Shown: piece after piece, positions 18,873 to 27,682 of the stretch
Numbering within the stretch: position 1 is the stretch's first letter
Layout of the letters: each line of letters starts with the position of its first letter
IMG/VR virus record: IMGVR_UViG_3300044612_001255
Coordinates: 1 to 64,000 of that record
Length of the DNA: 64,000 bases
Reading direction: 5' to 3' (one strand)
Origin: a virus
Translations under genes and position numbers: made by a program
Notes under the pieces: model-generated
Seen by the model: only the letters and a program-made list of their open reading frames with translations
Told to the model about the DNA's origin: nothing
Database searches by the model: none

Positions 18873-19307
18873 ATGCAGGACATTAAGAACTTTGATATGG
18901 GACAATACATTCTTGTTATTGGTAAGGATGCTACGGACATATTTAAGTTTTATAATGTTAAAGAAATGCATGGTTTGAATTACAAAGATGCCAAAGCTGA
19001 AGAGGTTGACAAGACAAAAGGGAATGGAGTTTACATCTATGGACTTACAAACTATGATCCAGAAGATAAGAAGCTCACAGCCAAAGATCCATATAAACCT
19101 TTTGTCTTCTTGAATATGGGTACGTTTAATAAATATAGCGCAGATGAACAGAAGACAGCGATTATGCATGAAACTATGCACCTAGCTTTTCTTTTATACA
19201 AATGGGATGCTGAAAAAAAATCAGAGGAGATAATAACTCTTGCTGAAGATGAGGCTAACACAATCGTAAAGAAATTAAAATCTCTTAACCTTTTAAAAAA
19301 GAAATGA
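18873..19307 (+). CDS. Small zincin-like metallopeptidase
   Basis: HExxH motif (MHETMH) with downstream EE. Confidence 0.55.
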   Translation: MQDIKNFDMGQYILVIGKDATDIFKFYNVKEMHGLNYKDAKAEEVDKTKGNGVYIYGLTNYDPEDKKLTAKDPYKPFVFLNMGTFNKYSADEQKTAIMHETMHLAFLLYKWDAEKKSEEIITLAEDEANTIVKKLKSLNLLKKK

Positions 19308-19657
19308 GAAACATCACACCTGTTCCAAATGGTCCTCTTGTTAAAAAGAAAGGACTATTTAAAGGTTCTACACTAAAGAATGGTGGTAAGGTGAAGGTGA
19401 TGGCTGGTGGTGAAAAGCATGTAGTTTATAAATCTGCCAAAAACAGTAGTAAAGCTACCAAAGGAGACATAATGGTAAACCATCCTACAATGGATAAAGG
19501 TAAATGGGATACCATCAATCTCACTAAGATAGGAAGAGCTAAAACAGTTAAACAAGGTGTCGCTTCTACAAAGAAATGGCACAAAGATAATCCTGATTAT
19601 AAATATAAAGGAAAAAGAAATGGCAAAGACAGCAGCTTGGACAAGAAAAGAAGGTAA
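19304..19657 (+). CDS. Lys-rich putative internal virion protein
   Basis: LKNGG and MAGG motifs. ATGA coupling to the upstream gene. Confidence 0.6.
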   Translation: MRNITPVPNGPLVKKKGLFKGSTLKNGGKVKVMAGGEKHVVYKSAKNSSKATKGDIMVNHPTMDKGKWDTINLTKIGRAKTVKQGVASTKKWHKDNPDYKYKGKRNGKDSSLDKKRR

Positions 19658-19892
19658 AGATCCTAAGGGTGGCCTAAATCGTAAAGGTGTTGCCTCATAC
19701 AGAAGAGCAAATCCTGGAAGCAAATTAAAGATGGCTGTAACAACTAAGCCATCTAAGCTTGACCCAGATAGCAAGCCTGCAAAAAGACGCAAGTCTTTCT
19801 GTGCTAGGATGTCTGGTGTAAAGGGTCCTATGACAAAGCCCAATGGCAAACCTACAAGAAAAGCTTTAGCTCTAAGAAAGTGGAACTGCTAG
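19620..19892 (+). CDS. Basic phage protein (DUF6321-like)
   Basis: AWTRKEGKDPKGGLN...RRKSFCARM...ALRKWNC pattern. Confidence 0.7.
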   Translation: MAKTAAWTRKEGKDPKGGLNRKGVASYRRANPGSKLKMAVTTKPSKLDPDSKPAKRRKSFCARMSGVKGPMTKPNGKPTRKALALRKWNC

Positions 19893-20030
19893 CCATCATA
19901 TTATATATCACTTTTTTAGTTATGTGCTCTAAGCATGTACGTTATAACTTCAACTTTTTAAAATCAACTAATGATAGGAGACCAAAACTTTTTACGTGGT
20001 CAGTGAATAAATCAACTAAAGCTCCGCACA

Positions 20031-20906
20031 ATGTTTAAAATAGAAAGAATACTGAAGAATGTACATTCTTTAGAACTGAAAGACTATAAGCTAGCAATCA
20101 TATCAGACTTACATTGGGACAATCCTAAATGCGACAGAACAAAACTTAAAGATCATCTAGAATATTGTAAGACCAATAAGATACCCATCCTGGTCAACGG
20201 AGACCTATTTTGCCTCATGCAGGGCAGGGGCGATCGTAGAGCTAATAAATCAGACATTAGACCAGAGCATAACAACGCTAAGTATCTAGACTCTGTTATT
20301 GAGACAGCTGTAGAATGGTTTAGTCCATACGCACATTTATTTACAGTGATTGCTTATGGTAATCATGAGACTAGCATTATCAAATACCAGGAGACAGATG
20401 TTCTACAGAGATTTGTAGACCTTCTCAATTACAAGAACAAAACAAATGTTCAAGTGGGTGGATATGGTGGATGGGTTTCTATAAAGTTAAATTACAGTAG
20501 TGTATCACTTGTAAAACATCTTAAGTATTTTCATGGTTCTGGTGGTGGAGGTATCGTAACGAAAGGTGCAATCAACCTCACAAGAGCCCTTGAAATGTAT
20601 GAGAACATGGATATATTTGTTCTTGGTCACATTCACGAGAACTGGTGTAGAAATGATGTAAGAGACGTTTTGAAATTCAATCGTGGAAAGCGTGAATATG
20701 AGCTGGAGCAGAAAGAAATTCACCATTGCATTGTTGGAACATACAAAGAAGAATATGGCGATGGGTCACATGGATGGCACATTGAACGTGGTGCTCCTCC
20801 AAAACCTACGGGTGGTAGAATTATTTTATTCAATATGAAAAGACATCAATCAAAAAGTACAAATACTTACAGTGTTTTAATAGATTCTATTAAATTCCCG
20901 CTATGA
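20031..20906 (+). CDS. Calcineurin-like metallophosphoesterase
   Basis: SDLH, NGDLF, GNHE, HG and GHIH motifs. Confidence 0.85.
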   Translation: MFKIERILKNVHSLELKDYKLAIISDLHWDNPKCDRTKLKDHLEYCKTNKIPILVNGDLFCLMQGRGDRRANKSDIRPEHNNAKYLDSVIETAVEWFSPYAHLFTVIAYGNHETSIIKYQETDVLQRFVDLLNYKNKTNVQVGGYGGWVSIKLNYSSVSLVKHLKYFHGSGGGGIVTKGAINLTRALEMYENMDIFVLGHIHENWCRNDVRDVLKFNRGKREYELEQKEIHHCIVGTYKEEYGDGSHGWHIERGAPPKPTGGRIILFNMKRHQSKSTNTYSVLIDSIKFPL

Positions 20907-20929
20907 AAGCGAAATTGATTTAATAAATT

Positions 20930-21226
20930 ATGGAAAAGAAAAAACGTTTGTCTCGAGAAGAAAAATCACAAATGTTTCTTGTAGATGCTATAAACAAAAT
21001 GTTTGAAATTGCTGGTCACCCTATTACGTATGGAGATATTAAAGATAGAAAAGACAATTGGTTTCAACAGTGGGAAATGACATATGAACAAGGTGAAAAT
21101 TGGAAGCAGTGGGGTATTTTGGAAATTAAAAAAAGATTAAAGATGAATCAACACTTAGCAGAAAGAGAAATGGCAATGATTAACTTAATGTGGGGGTTAA
21201 AGTATTCAAACTTTCCAAAAGAATAA
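20930..21226 (+). CDS. Hypothetical protein
   Basis: 98-aa ORF. Its W-rich helix resembles the C-terminus of 45251-45757. Confidence 0.6.
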   Translation: MEKKKRLSREEKSQMFLVDAINKMFEIAGHPITYGDIKDRKDNWFQQWEMTYEQGENWKQWGILEIKKRLKMNQHLAEREMAMINLMWGLKYSNFPKE

Positions 21227-21244
21227 ACTATAACATCAAGACAA

Positions 21245-21793
21245 ATGAAAGAGTTACTTGACGATGAACGAATCAGGATTGCTATTTTAGCTTTTATTGC
21301 AGGGGTAATTTTAGCTTTTATAGTATATCCTAGACCTGAACAGGAGACAGTGTACAAGTTTGAAACAAAAGTGGAAACTGATACAGTCTACAAAGAGATT
21401 AAAGACACAGTGTACATCCCTAAAACTAAGATAAAAACAGAAGTTCTTAGGGATACAATCCTTGTTGACTACAAGCCTACAATTAATAGCTTCAGTACAA
21501 TAACTCCTTTTGAATATGGTAAGACATATGTTTCTGGAGAAGTGCTTGGAGAGGTGCTTAAAATGACTGTAACGAATGATTTCAAAATCCCTACAGTGAC
21601 AAACACCATCACCAACACAGAGACTAAGACTATTATACAAAAGCCTAAAGGAATCTATGTTGGTGCAGGCATCAACTCTTTGTTAGATCCAGCTGCAAAA
21701 GTTGCTTATTTGGACAACAAGTATCTATTCCAATATCAATATCAACCTGTGACAAAAATTCACAGTTTGGGAATTAGTAAGAAGTTATTCTAA
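21245..21793 (+). CDS. N-terminally anchored membrane protein, spanin candidate
   Basis: N-terminal TM, DTVY repeats, and C-terminal amphipathic beta strands ending in Phe. Confidence 0.5.
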   Translation: MKELLDDERIRIAILAFIAGVILAFIVYPRPEQETVYKFETKVETDTVYKEIKDTVYIPKTKIKTEVLRDTILVDYKPTINSFSTITPFEYGKTYVSGEVLGEVLKMTVTNDFKIPTVTNTITNTETKTIIQKPKGIYVGAGINSLLDPAAKVAYLDNKYLFQYQYQPVTKIHSLGISKKLF

Positions 21794-21803
21794 AGGTTTA
21801 CAA

Positions 21804-22065
21804 AAGTTCCCAATTTGGTAACTTATAAGTTAACGAGGGTAGAAAGTTGCAAAATCTACCCTCGTAATTCGAAAAACTTCCGATAAGATTAAAGATATTT
21901 TACATAAACTGCCAAATTGTAAATTCTATTTTACTTTTGGCAACTTATAGCAAATAGTGCCAAAATATAGTCCCAGATTTAGTCAATATCTGGGACGAAT
22001 TGTTTAGTTTTTTAGCAAATAAACTGGACATTTTTGTCGCAAAAACTCACTAAATGTGCGACAAA
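21804..22065. repeat. Array of sequence-diverse inverted repeats in a convergent intergenic gap
   Basis: At least seven palindromes/hairpins in about 260 bp (see findings). Confidence 0.8.
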
Positions 22066-22068
22066 TTT

Positions 22069-22446
22069 TTAATCCTCGTTGTGTGATTTACTAGTAGTAT
22101 GACTCCAAGTAGTAGTATGTGCATACCCACATGAAGCAGTTGAGTTAGTATTGTAAGGGTTGCTTATATTACTTGGTGTAGTTTGTTTTGCATGAATTTT
22201 TAACAAAACAAGATAGCCAACTAAGTCATTAACTACATCTTCATCATCCTTCTCAAGGCTACCGTTTTTGATTCTCTTGAGCTTATCATCAATCCTAACC
22301 AGTAGTCCTTCTTTTGCGGACAACTGACTGAACACACCAAGAGGTTCTAATGCTGAGTTACCATACTTTTCATTCTTAGCAATTAAGAGATCTTCAATCT
22401 TTTGAAGAACATCATGAACTTCTTCTTGAAATTTATTATCAGGCAT
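22069..22446 (-). CDS. Nucleotide-modification-associated domain 1 (DUF1599-like)
   Basis: KNEKYGNS...VRIDDKLKRI...DEDVVNDLVGY pattern. Confidence 0.75.
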   Translation of the reverse strand: MPDNKFQEEVHDVLQKIEDLLIAKNEKYGNSALEPLGVFSQLSAKEGLLVRIDDKLKRIKNGSLEKDDEDVVNDLVGYLVLLKIHAKQTTPSNISNPYNTNSTASCGYAHTTTWSHTTSKSHNED

Positions 22447-22448
22447 AT

Positions 22449-22631
22449 TTATTGGTTTTTTATTTCTATAAAATCATTCCACCTTAAAAGATCTTCTTCT
22501 GTAATGCCCGCCCATTTTCCAGAGTTGTGTCTCATGAAGTTTACATCTTTTACAGTGTACACAATTCCTACAATAGGTTTTGTCTTCCAACCATACATAT
22601 GGGGATCACCTTCAAACCTGAACTTCTTCAT
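22449..22631 (-). CDS. Hypothetical protein
   Basis: Likely start MKKFRF at 22631, overlapping the end of the upstream gene. Confidence 0.45.
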   Translation of the reverse strand: MKKFRFEGDPHMYGWKTKPIVGIVYTVKDVNFMRHNSGKWAGITEEDLLRWNDFIEIKNQ

Positions 22632-22866
22632 AGAAGGATTTGAAGCTTTTAAACTTTTGACCTTTGAGGTAGTCGCTGGTTTTAAACTTGGCTCTCCCTT
22701 TTTTAACCAGGAGACCATCTGGGAAAAGAACGTAGAATTCATTTTCAATTTCAGGTTCATTGAGTGAGACATAATCTTTCCACCATTCGTTAGGCTTTTT
22801 GTTCTCGTCAATAACCTTCAACACTTCGTGGGTTCCAAAAGGGTTTAAAACATCAATGTGTTCCAT
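22612..22866 (-). CDS. Hypothetical protein
   Basis: 84-aa ORF with A-rich leader. Confidence 0.6.
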   Translation of the reverse strand: MEHIDVLNPFGTHEVLKVIDENKKPNEWWKDYVSLNEPEIENEFYVLFPDGLLVKKGRAKFKTSDYLKGQKFKSFKSFYEEVQV

Positions 22867-22958
22867 ACATTTAATTAAATTTTGGTTTTATGAAAAATAT
22901 ACAAATTATTTTTAAATTTACTAAACATTCGACAATTCAAACAAAACATTTATAAATC

Positions 22959-23444
22959 ATGAAAAAAATTGCAAAAGCCAAATCTGGTAAAAGTTTTGGA
23001 ATGCTTTCTGTAAAAGCAGGCATTGACAAAAATCCTAAGCCTACAGCAGCTGATAGAATTGCTGGTGCTAAAATGAATGCAGGAAAAGCTAAGTATGGTG
23101 CTAAAGTTGCTGCTAAAAAAGTAGTTGCTAAGAAACCAATTAAAAAAGCTCAAGCTGGAGATAATGTTAAAAATTATGACCAAGAGGGATCAATGCTTCC
23201 TGAAGCTGTAGTAACTGCTTCCAGAATGACTGATAAGCCTACTAAAACAGCTAGTTCACAAAAAAGTAAGCCAAGCAATAGCTATAAAGCCATTATCAAA
23301 AGATCTAATAAGATGAATAAAAATCAGTCTGGATTCAGTAGAATGAATCCTAGAAAAAGATTTGAAGATGGTGGAGAAGTTAGCATGGCTAAAAAAGGAG
23401 CTTCTGTAAAGAAGTCTATGGGTAAATGTAAAATGGGTTGCTGA
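22959..23444 (+). CDS. Lys/Ala-rich putative internal virion protein
   Basis: AKSG, AKYG, KKAQAG and FEDGG motifs. Ends GKCKMGC. Confidence 0.65.
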   Translation: MKKIAKAKSGKSFGMLSVKAGIDKNPKPTAADRIAGAKMNAGKAKYGAKVAAKKVVAKKPIKKAQAGDNVKNYDQEGSMLPEAVVTASRMTDKPTKTASSQKSKPSNSYKAIIKRSNKMNKNQSGFSRMNPRKRFEDGGEVSMAKKGASVKKSMGKCKMGC

Positions 23445-23445
23445 T

Positions 23446-23940
23446 ATGAAAAATAAATTAATGTCAACTGCTAAAACGAAGGCTGTAAAAGCTAAGCTTG
23501 CTGGAAAAGTTGGTGCTAAAAAGCCAATTAAAAAAGCTCAGGTCGGAACAAAAGAAACTATGCTTCCTGAAGTTACTAAAAGATCTACAAGCCTAAGACC
23601 AATGGAAATTGCACTTGGTGATGATAGAAAGATGTCTATTGATACTGTTGGTTACAAATCAGGTAATTATAGATCACCTGATAAAATGCGTAATGAAACA
23701 TTCAACTACACTGTATCAGATAAAAGCGGAAAGGTTATTAAACAAGATAGACTAACTAGTCAGCCAGGTAGAAGTAGAGTAGGTATTGTGGATGACATGG
23801 TGAAAGGCTTGGAGAGTGGTAAATTAAAAAGACCAGCTTTCAAAAGTGGTGGAAAAATCACAGCAAAGAAGACAACAGCTAAGAAAGGCATGGCTGCAAA
23901 GAAGACAATGAATGGTGGTAAATGTAAAAACGGTTGTTAA
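23446..23940 (+). CDS. Lys-rich putative internal virion protein (paralog of 22959)
   Basis: KKPIKKAQVG, MLPEV and FKSGG motifs. Ends GKCKNGC. Confidence 0.65.
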   Translation: MKNKLMSTAKTKAVKAKLAGKVGAKKPIKKAQVGTKETMLPEVTKRSTSLRPMEIALGDDRKMSIDTVGYKSGNYRSPDKMRNETFNYTVSDKSGKVIKQDRLTSQPGRSRVGIVDDMVKGLESGKLKRPAFKSGGKITAKKTTAKKGMAAKKTMNGGKCKNGC

Positions 23941-23941
23941 T

Positions 23942-24487
23942 ATGAAAAAGGATATTAAAAAAGCTCAGCGTGGACTATTGATACCACCTCCTGGTTGGAA
24001 GCCAAAGACAGGGTATGATGATTACATGAATACCACTAAAGGAGAATCTTTCAACTTCTCAACAAAAGCTAAAGAGGAAAAGAAAGAGGTTGTTAAAAAA
24101 GAATCTTCTCCTAAACAATCCTCTGCTAAAAAATCTACAGAGCAGGTCAAGAAGCCTGGAATCACTCCAAAAATGGGAAGTGTTATGCCTTCTAAAATTA
24201 AGAAGAGTTTAGATATACCCAAGAGAGAGGCTGTAGATATTTCTTATAAACCAAAAGCAAGAACTTATTCTGATTCTGAAAAGAAAATGATGAGTGTTAT
24301 GGAAAAGGGTAAGAAGGCTGATGGTACAATGAAAGAGAGTGCTCAGCGAAAGATTCAAGCTATTCGTACAAAAGAGCGTCTTGCTACACAAAAGATTAGA
24401 AATAAAGCTGAAAGAGCTGAGAAACGATATGAAGTAAAATCAGCAAAGGACAAAGTAAAAGCTGTAAGAAAATCATTCAAGAAATGA
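23942..24487 (+). CDS. Lys-rich putative internal virion protein
   Basis: Start MKKDIKKAQRG at 23942. Confidence 0.6.
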   Translation: MKKDIKKAQRGLLIPPPGWKPKTGYDDYMNTTKGESFNFSTKAKEEKKEVVKKESSPKQSSAKKSTEQVKKPGITPKMGSVMPSKIKKSLDIPKREAVDISYKPKARTYSDSEKKMMSVMEKGKKADGTMKESAQRKIQAIRTKERLATQKIRNKAERAEKRYEVKSAKDKVKAVRKSFKK

Positions 24488-24636
24488 AATCTGGAAAACC
24501 AAAGAAAGCACCAAAGGTTCCTAATCCAAAACCAAATTCAAACTATATGAGAGAGTATAGTAGTAATGATGTTAGGAGTAAGAAACAACAAGGGAATGCT
24601 CAATGGCCCATGTCAAAGAAAAAGCTTTCAAAATAA
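24484..24636 (+). CDS. 50-aa basic protein (absent from the ORF track)
   Basis: Read manually: MKSGKPKKAPKVPNPKPNSNYMREY...KKKLSK*. ATGA overlap with the upstream gene. Confidence 0.6.
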   Translation: MKSGKPKKAPKVPNPKPNSNYMREYSSNDVRSKKQQGNAQWPMSKKKLSK

Positions 24637-24639
24637 TGT

Positions 24640-24664
24640 AAGAGCCCCCTTTTAGGGGGCTTTT
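24640..24664. terminator. Bidirectional terminator between convergent operons
   Basis: AAGA-GCCCCCT-TTT-AGGGGGC-TTTT. Confidence 0.8.
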
Positions 24665-25316
24665 ATAGTTTAATTAAAGTTTTGTAAGAAGATGCGCTAG
24701 TAGCATTATCCATGTAGTACATAAACTCTTCACTGTTCCTAGCTTCTTCAACTGAGAACTCCCAAGGATAGTGTCTAGCTACATAAGGAAATGTTGTAGA
24801 GCCTCCTCCTATAAAATAATGATCTACATTATACAGAGCAAAGGTTGTATCAATCTGAACCTCTGTATACACACCATCTATCACAGGAGAATTACTCCAT
24901 CTACTTTTCTCGTACACGTTTAATCTTTCGTAATAAGGAGACTTCTTCTCAACAATCTGCCAGTCTAGTCCTAGTCCCACCTTATCAAGCTGTAAGCTAT
25001 TGAGCTTATCAAATAAGTATAACAGTGTATCATCTGGAGTGTCTTCTAGTCCCATATCTGGATCAGTGAGTACATAAGGAGCACCATTCAATTGTTTAAC
25101 CACCTCTGATACCCAAGGAGCACCCATACCTAAGTTATCATTCAATCTTTCTATTCTACAAGGATTTGTAGCATACCACTCTAACAATGGTGGATATGTA
25201 GAATCATTGTCAACGATAATTATCTCTCCAACACCATCATATTCTTTTATTCTTTCCACCATTGCTTTGGGCCATGTTAGAAAGTTTCTGTTATTTATGA
25301 TGACAGGGATTTTCAT
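24663..25316 (-). CDS. GT2-like glycosyltransferase
   Basis: IIIVDNDSTY, YVLTDPD and IDTTFALY motifs. Confidence 0.75.
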   Translation of the reverse strand: MKIPVIINNRNFLTWPKAMVERIKEYDGVGEIIIVDNDSTYPPLLEWYATNPCRIERLNDNLGMGAPWVSEVVKQLNGAPYVLTDPDMGLEDTPDDTLLYLFDKLNSLQLDKVGLGLDWQIVEKKSPYYERLNVYEKSRWSNSPVIDGVYTEVQIDTTFALYNVDHYFIGGGSTTFPYVARHYPWEFSVEEARNSEEFMYYMDNATSASSYKTLIKL

Positions 25317-25858
25317 TCCTTTTCAATGATTAGAAGCTTAGCATTAACTGTTAAGATCATGCAATATGGTTTATCGCTTAACCATTCTGTAATTATTTTA
25401 ATTGTTTCTTGTCTATTAGCATGACCTGCGTGTAGATCTTCAATAAAATAATAACCTCCAGGTTTTACATGTTCCCACAAAAGTTTGAAGGACGATGTAA
25501 TGTGATCACCAACATGACTTCCATCATCAATTATAAAATCAAATGGTCCACCACTCTTTACAATCTCATCTAGAACAATTGGATCTGTTTGATCTCCAAT
25601 ATAAATGTGATATGAATTAGGATGTTCAATGTGATTAACAACATTAGCATCTATGTCGATTGCATGTATTTCAAGTTCAGGATTGTAAGCTTTCCACATT
25701 CTTAAAGAATCACCATGCCATATTCCTATTTCTAATAGTTTATATGCACCTGCTTCAGGAATATATTTATCGTAAACTTCTGTATATCCATGCTTCTCAT
25801 AATGTTCTGTACCCTTATCAGTCTTCTGATGATTGGCAATCTCTGTGAGCTTTCCCAT
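25313..25858 (-). CDS. Class I SAM methyltransferase (MycE-like sugar O-methyltransferase)
   Basis: TDK..H.Y, LLEIGI, GDQ, FDFIIDDGSH and PGGYYFIEDL motifs. Confidence 0.85.
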   Translation of the reverse strand: MGKLTEIANHQKTDKGTEHYEKHGYTEVYDKYIPEAGAYKLLEIGIWHGDSLRMWKAYNPELEIHAIDIDANVVNHIEHPNSYHIYIGDQTDPIVLDEIVKSGGPFDFIIDDGSHVGDHITSSFKLLWEHVKPGGYYFIEDLHAGHANRQETIKIITEWLSDKPYCMILTVNAKLLIIEKE

Positions 25859-25862
25859 AGAT

Positions 25863-26429
25863 TTAATTATGCACGAATAAAACTTTATTAATCTTGTGAA
25901 TTCCTTGTAATGGAAATTTCTTTTTAAAAGTTTCTATAAACATCCCATCAGCAGAATACGCAACGCCAAGATATATTTCTTTGGCTAAATCTGTACGTGT
26001 AGCAAATGCTCCCATGTCGATTTGACCATCTCCTGGGGCACATTTGAAACATGTGTAATGGTAATGTGAATGCACCATATCCCAGTAAATCATACCAGCA
26101 TCTACATCACATAAATACTTTATTTCTGATACAAAGTTAGGAGTGTAATAATTATCATCACCTGTCATAATCACATACTTTGCCTCACTCTGCTGCTTAC
26201 CATACTCTCTTGGTGTATGACCCCAGTCATTGTATCTTTTGTCCATCTTTGACCATCTGATTCTATCATCCTGAAAGCTTTCTACAAGCTTTACATTATT
26301 TTCATCATCAGGATTATCAATGACAACATGAGCTCCCCAATCTGCATTAGTTTGTGCAACTAATGAAGCTAGCATACATTTTAATGGAGCAGGTCGATTA
26401 TACGTTGGAATTATGAAGTCCACTAACAT
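25863..26429 (-). CDS. GT2 glycosyltransferase
   Basis: IIPTYNR, GDDNYY and ADG motifs. Confidence 0.85.
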   Translation of the reverse strand: MLVDFIIPTYNRPAPLKCMLASLVAQTNADWGAHVVIDNPDDENNVKLVESFQDDRIRWSKMDKRYNDWGHTPREYGKQQSEAKYVIMTGDDNYYTPNFVSEIKYLCDVDAGMIYWDMVHSHYHYTCFKCAPGDGQIDMGAFATRTDLAKEIYLGVAYSADGMFIETFKKKFPLQGIHKINKVLFVHN

Positions 26430-27159
26430 ATTCTTCTAATTGTTTTTGGTAATCAAGTTCCCAATGAGGATTCAAATTTACATCTCCTGTAGGGATTAAT
26501 TCTTTTTTTCTAAGAATCTCAATATGATTTGAATGTCTCTCAATAACATTAGCTCTGTCGCTAGTGTCTGTACCCATTCCACTCATGTGATAACCTCTTC
26601 CTCCCCACATGTAGAACCAGCTAGCGTCTTTATTAGGCATCTCAACAAACTTTCTACCACCATAATGGGCAAGAGCATTTATAAATGTCATATCGTAACC
26701 AGCGTTTTCTATAGGGTGTCCACCAATAGCTTTCCATGCAGACTTCCTAAACACAATACCTGAGTTACCTATCCATCCAACATTTGTAATACTTGAGTTG
26801 TTGTAATAAACACCTGTGGCCCAGTGAAGAATATTAACATCATCTGTAAATTGTTCTGCAACATTCTTTAAGTGCCAAGGCATAGCAACATCATCATCGT
26901 CCCATTGACAAATGATTTCTCCTCCACATAATTCTGTAGCATAGTTTTCCTTATCCCCAATAGTTTTAAATGTTTCATCTAGATTGTATATTCTTACATC
27001 TGGATGATCAAACACAAGCTTCTGTAGAGGATAGTCATTTACAATCACTAGTTCCTTTTCTCCAGGATAATCCTGAAGAAGAAAAGAGTGGAGAGACTCC
27101 TCGAGAAACTCCACTCTTCCATAAGTGATCATCTTACAAGAGATCAATGGATAGTTCAT
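26398..27159 (-). CDS. GT2 glycosyltransferase
   Basis: ITYGR, QDY, ELVIVND and QWDDDD motifs. Confidence 0.85.
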   Translation of the reverse strand: MNYPLISCKMITYGRVEFLEESLHSFLLQDYPGEKELVIVNDYPLQKLVFDHPDVRIYNLDETFKTIGDKENYATELCGGEIICQWDDDDVAMPWHLKNVAEQFTDDVNILHWATGVYYNNSSITNVGWIGNSGIVFRKSAWKAIGGHPIENAGYDMTFINALAHYGGRKFVEMPNKDASWFYMWGGRGYHMSGMGTDTSDRANVIERHSNHIEILRKKELIPTGDVNLNPHWELDYQKQLEEYVSGLHNSNV

Positions 27160-27455
27160 GATTCAATATTCATTACTTTAACAAACCTTTCTGAATCTTC
27201 TAGGTTGAGATAGATTTCAGTTTGGTAAGTGTTACGCTCACGCTTGAATCCTCTAGTCTGTCCATTCTTTGGATTAACGTCAGGCACTTCTGTAGAACGC
27301 TCATGGATATCATCTAGCAACACTAGACGATTACCATTTTCTACGATGATGGTTCTAATCACCTTCTTAATATTGAAGCTGTCTAGATGTTCTTTGAATT
27401 CAAGAGGATCTGTCCCTTGAATTGGTTCTTTTCTTGTATAAAAGAATTGATTCAT
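27156..27455 (-). CDS. Hypothetical protein
   Basis: 99-aa ORF coupled to the GT2 gene. Confidence 0.6.
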   Translation of the reverse strand: MNQFFYTRKEPIQGTDPLEFKEHLDSFNIKKVIRTIIVENGNRLVLLDDIHERSTEVPDVNPKNGQTRGFKRERNTYQTEIYLNLEDSERFVKVMNIES

Positions 27456-27469
27456 AATGTAAATTGGTT

Positions 27470-27682
27470 TTAGAATTTTTTAATTAAGATTTCAACGCTA
27501 TCAGGAGAGTGGGCATACTCTTCACCTACTTCTCTTGTGGCCCTAAAGATAACGTCTTTCTCGTCAACAGCAAGGACATACCTTGGCTCAATGATCAATT
27601 CAGAGTCTAGATACACTTTAGTTGCTGACTCATTAAGTCCATACTTGTGAAATATAACTGTATATTGGAATAATTGCTTCAT
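27470..27682 (-). CDS. Hypothetical protein
   Basis: 70-aa ORF within the operon. Confidence 0.55.
   Translation of the reverse strand: MKQLFQYTVIFHKYGLNESATKVYLDSELIIEPRYVLAVDEKDVIFRATREVGEEYAHSPDSVEILIKKF

Noticed and set aside
21804-22065. Mini-CRISPR array
   Set aside because: No direct repeat is shared between units. Kept only as an inverted-repeat array.
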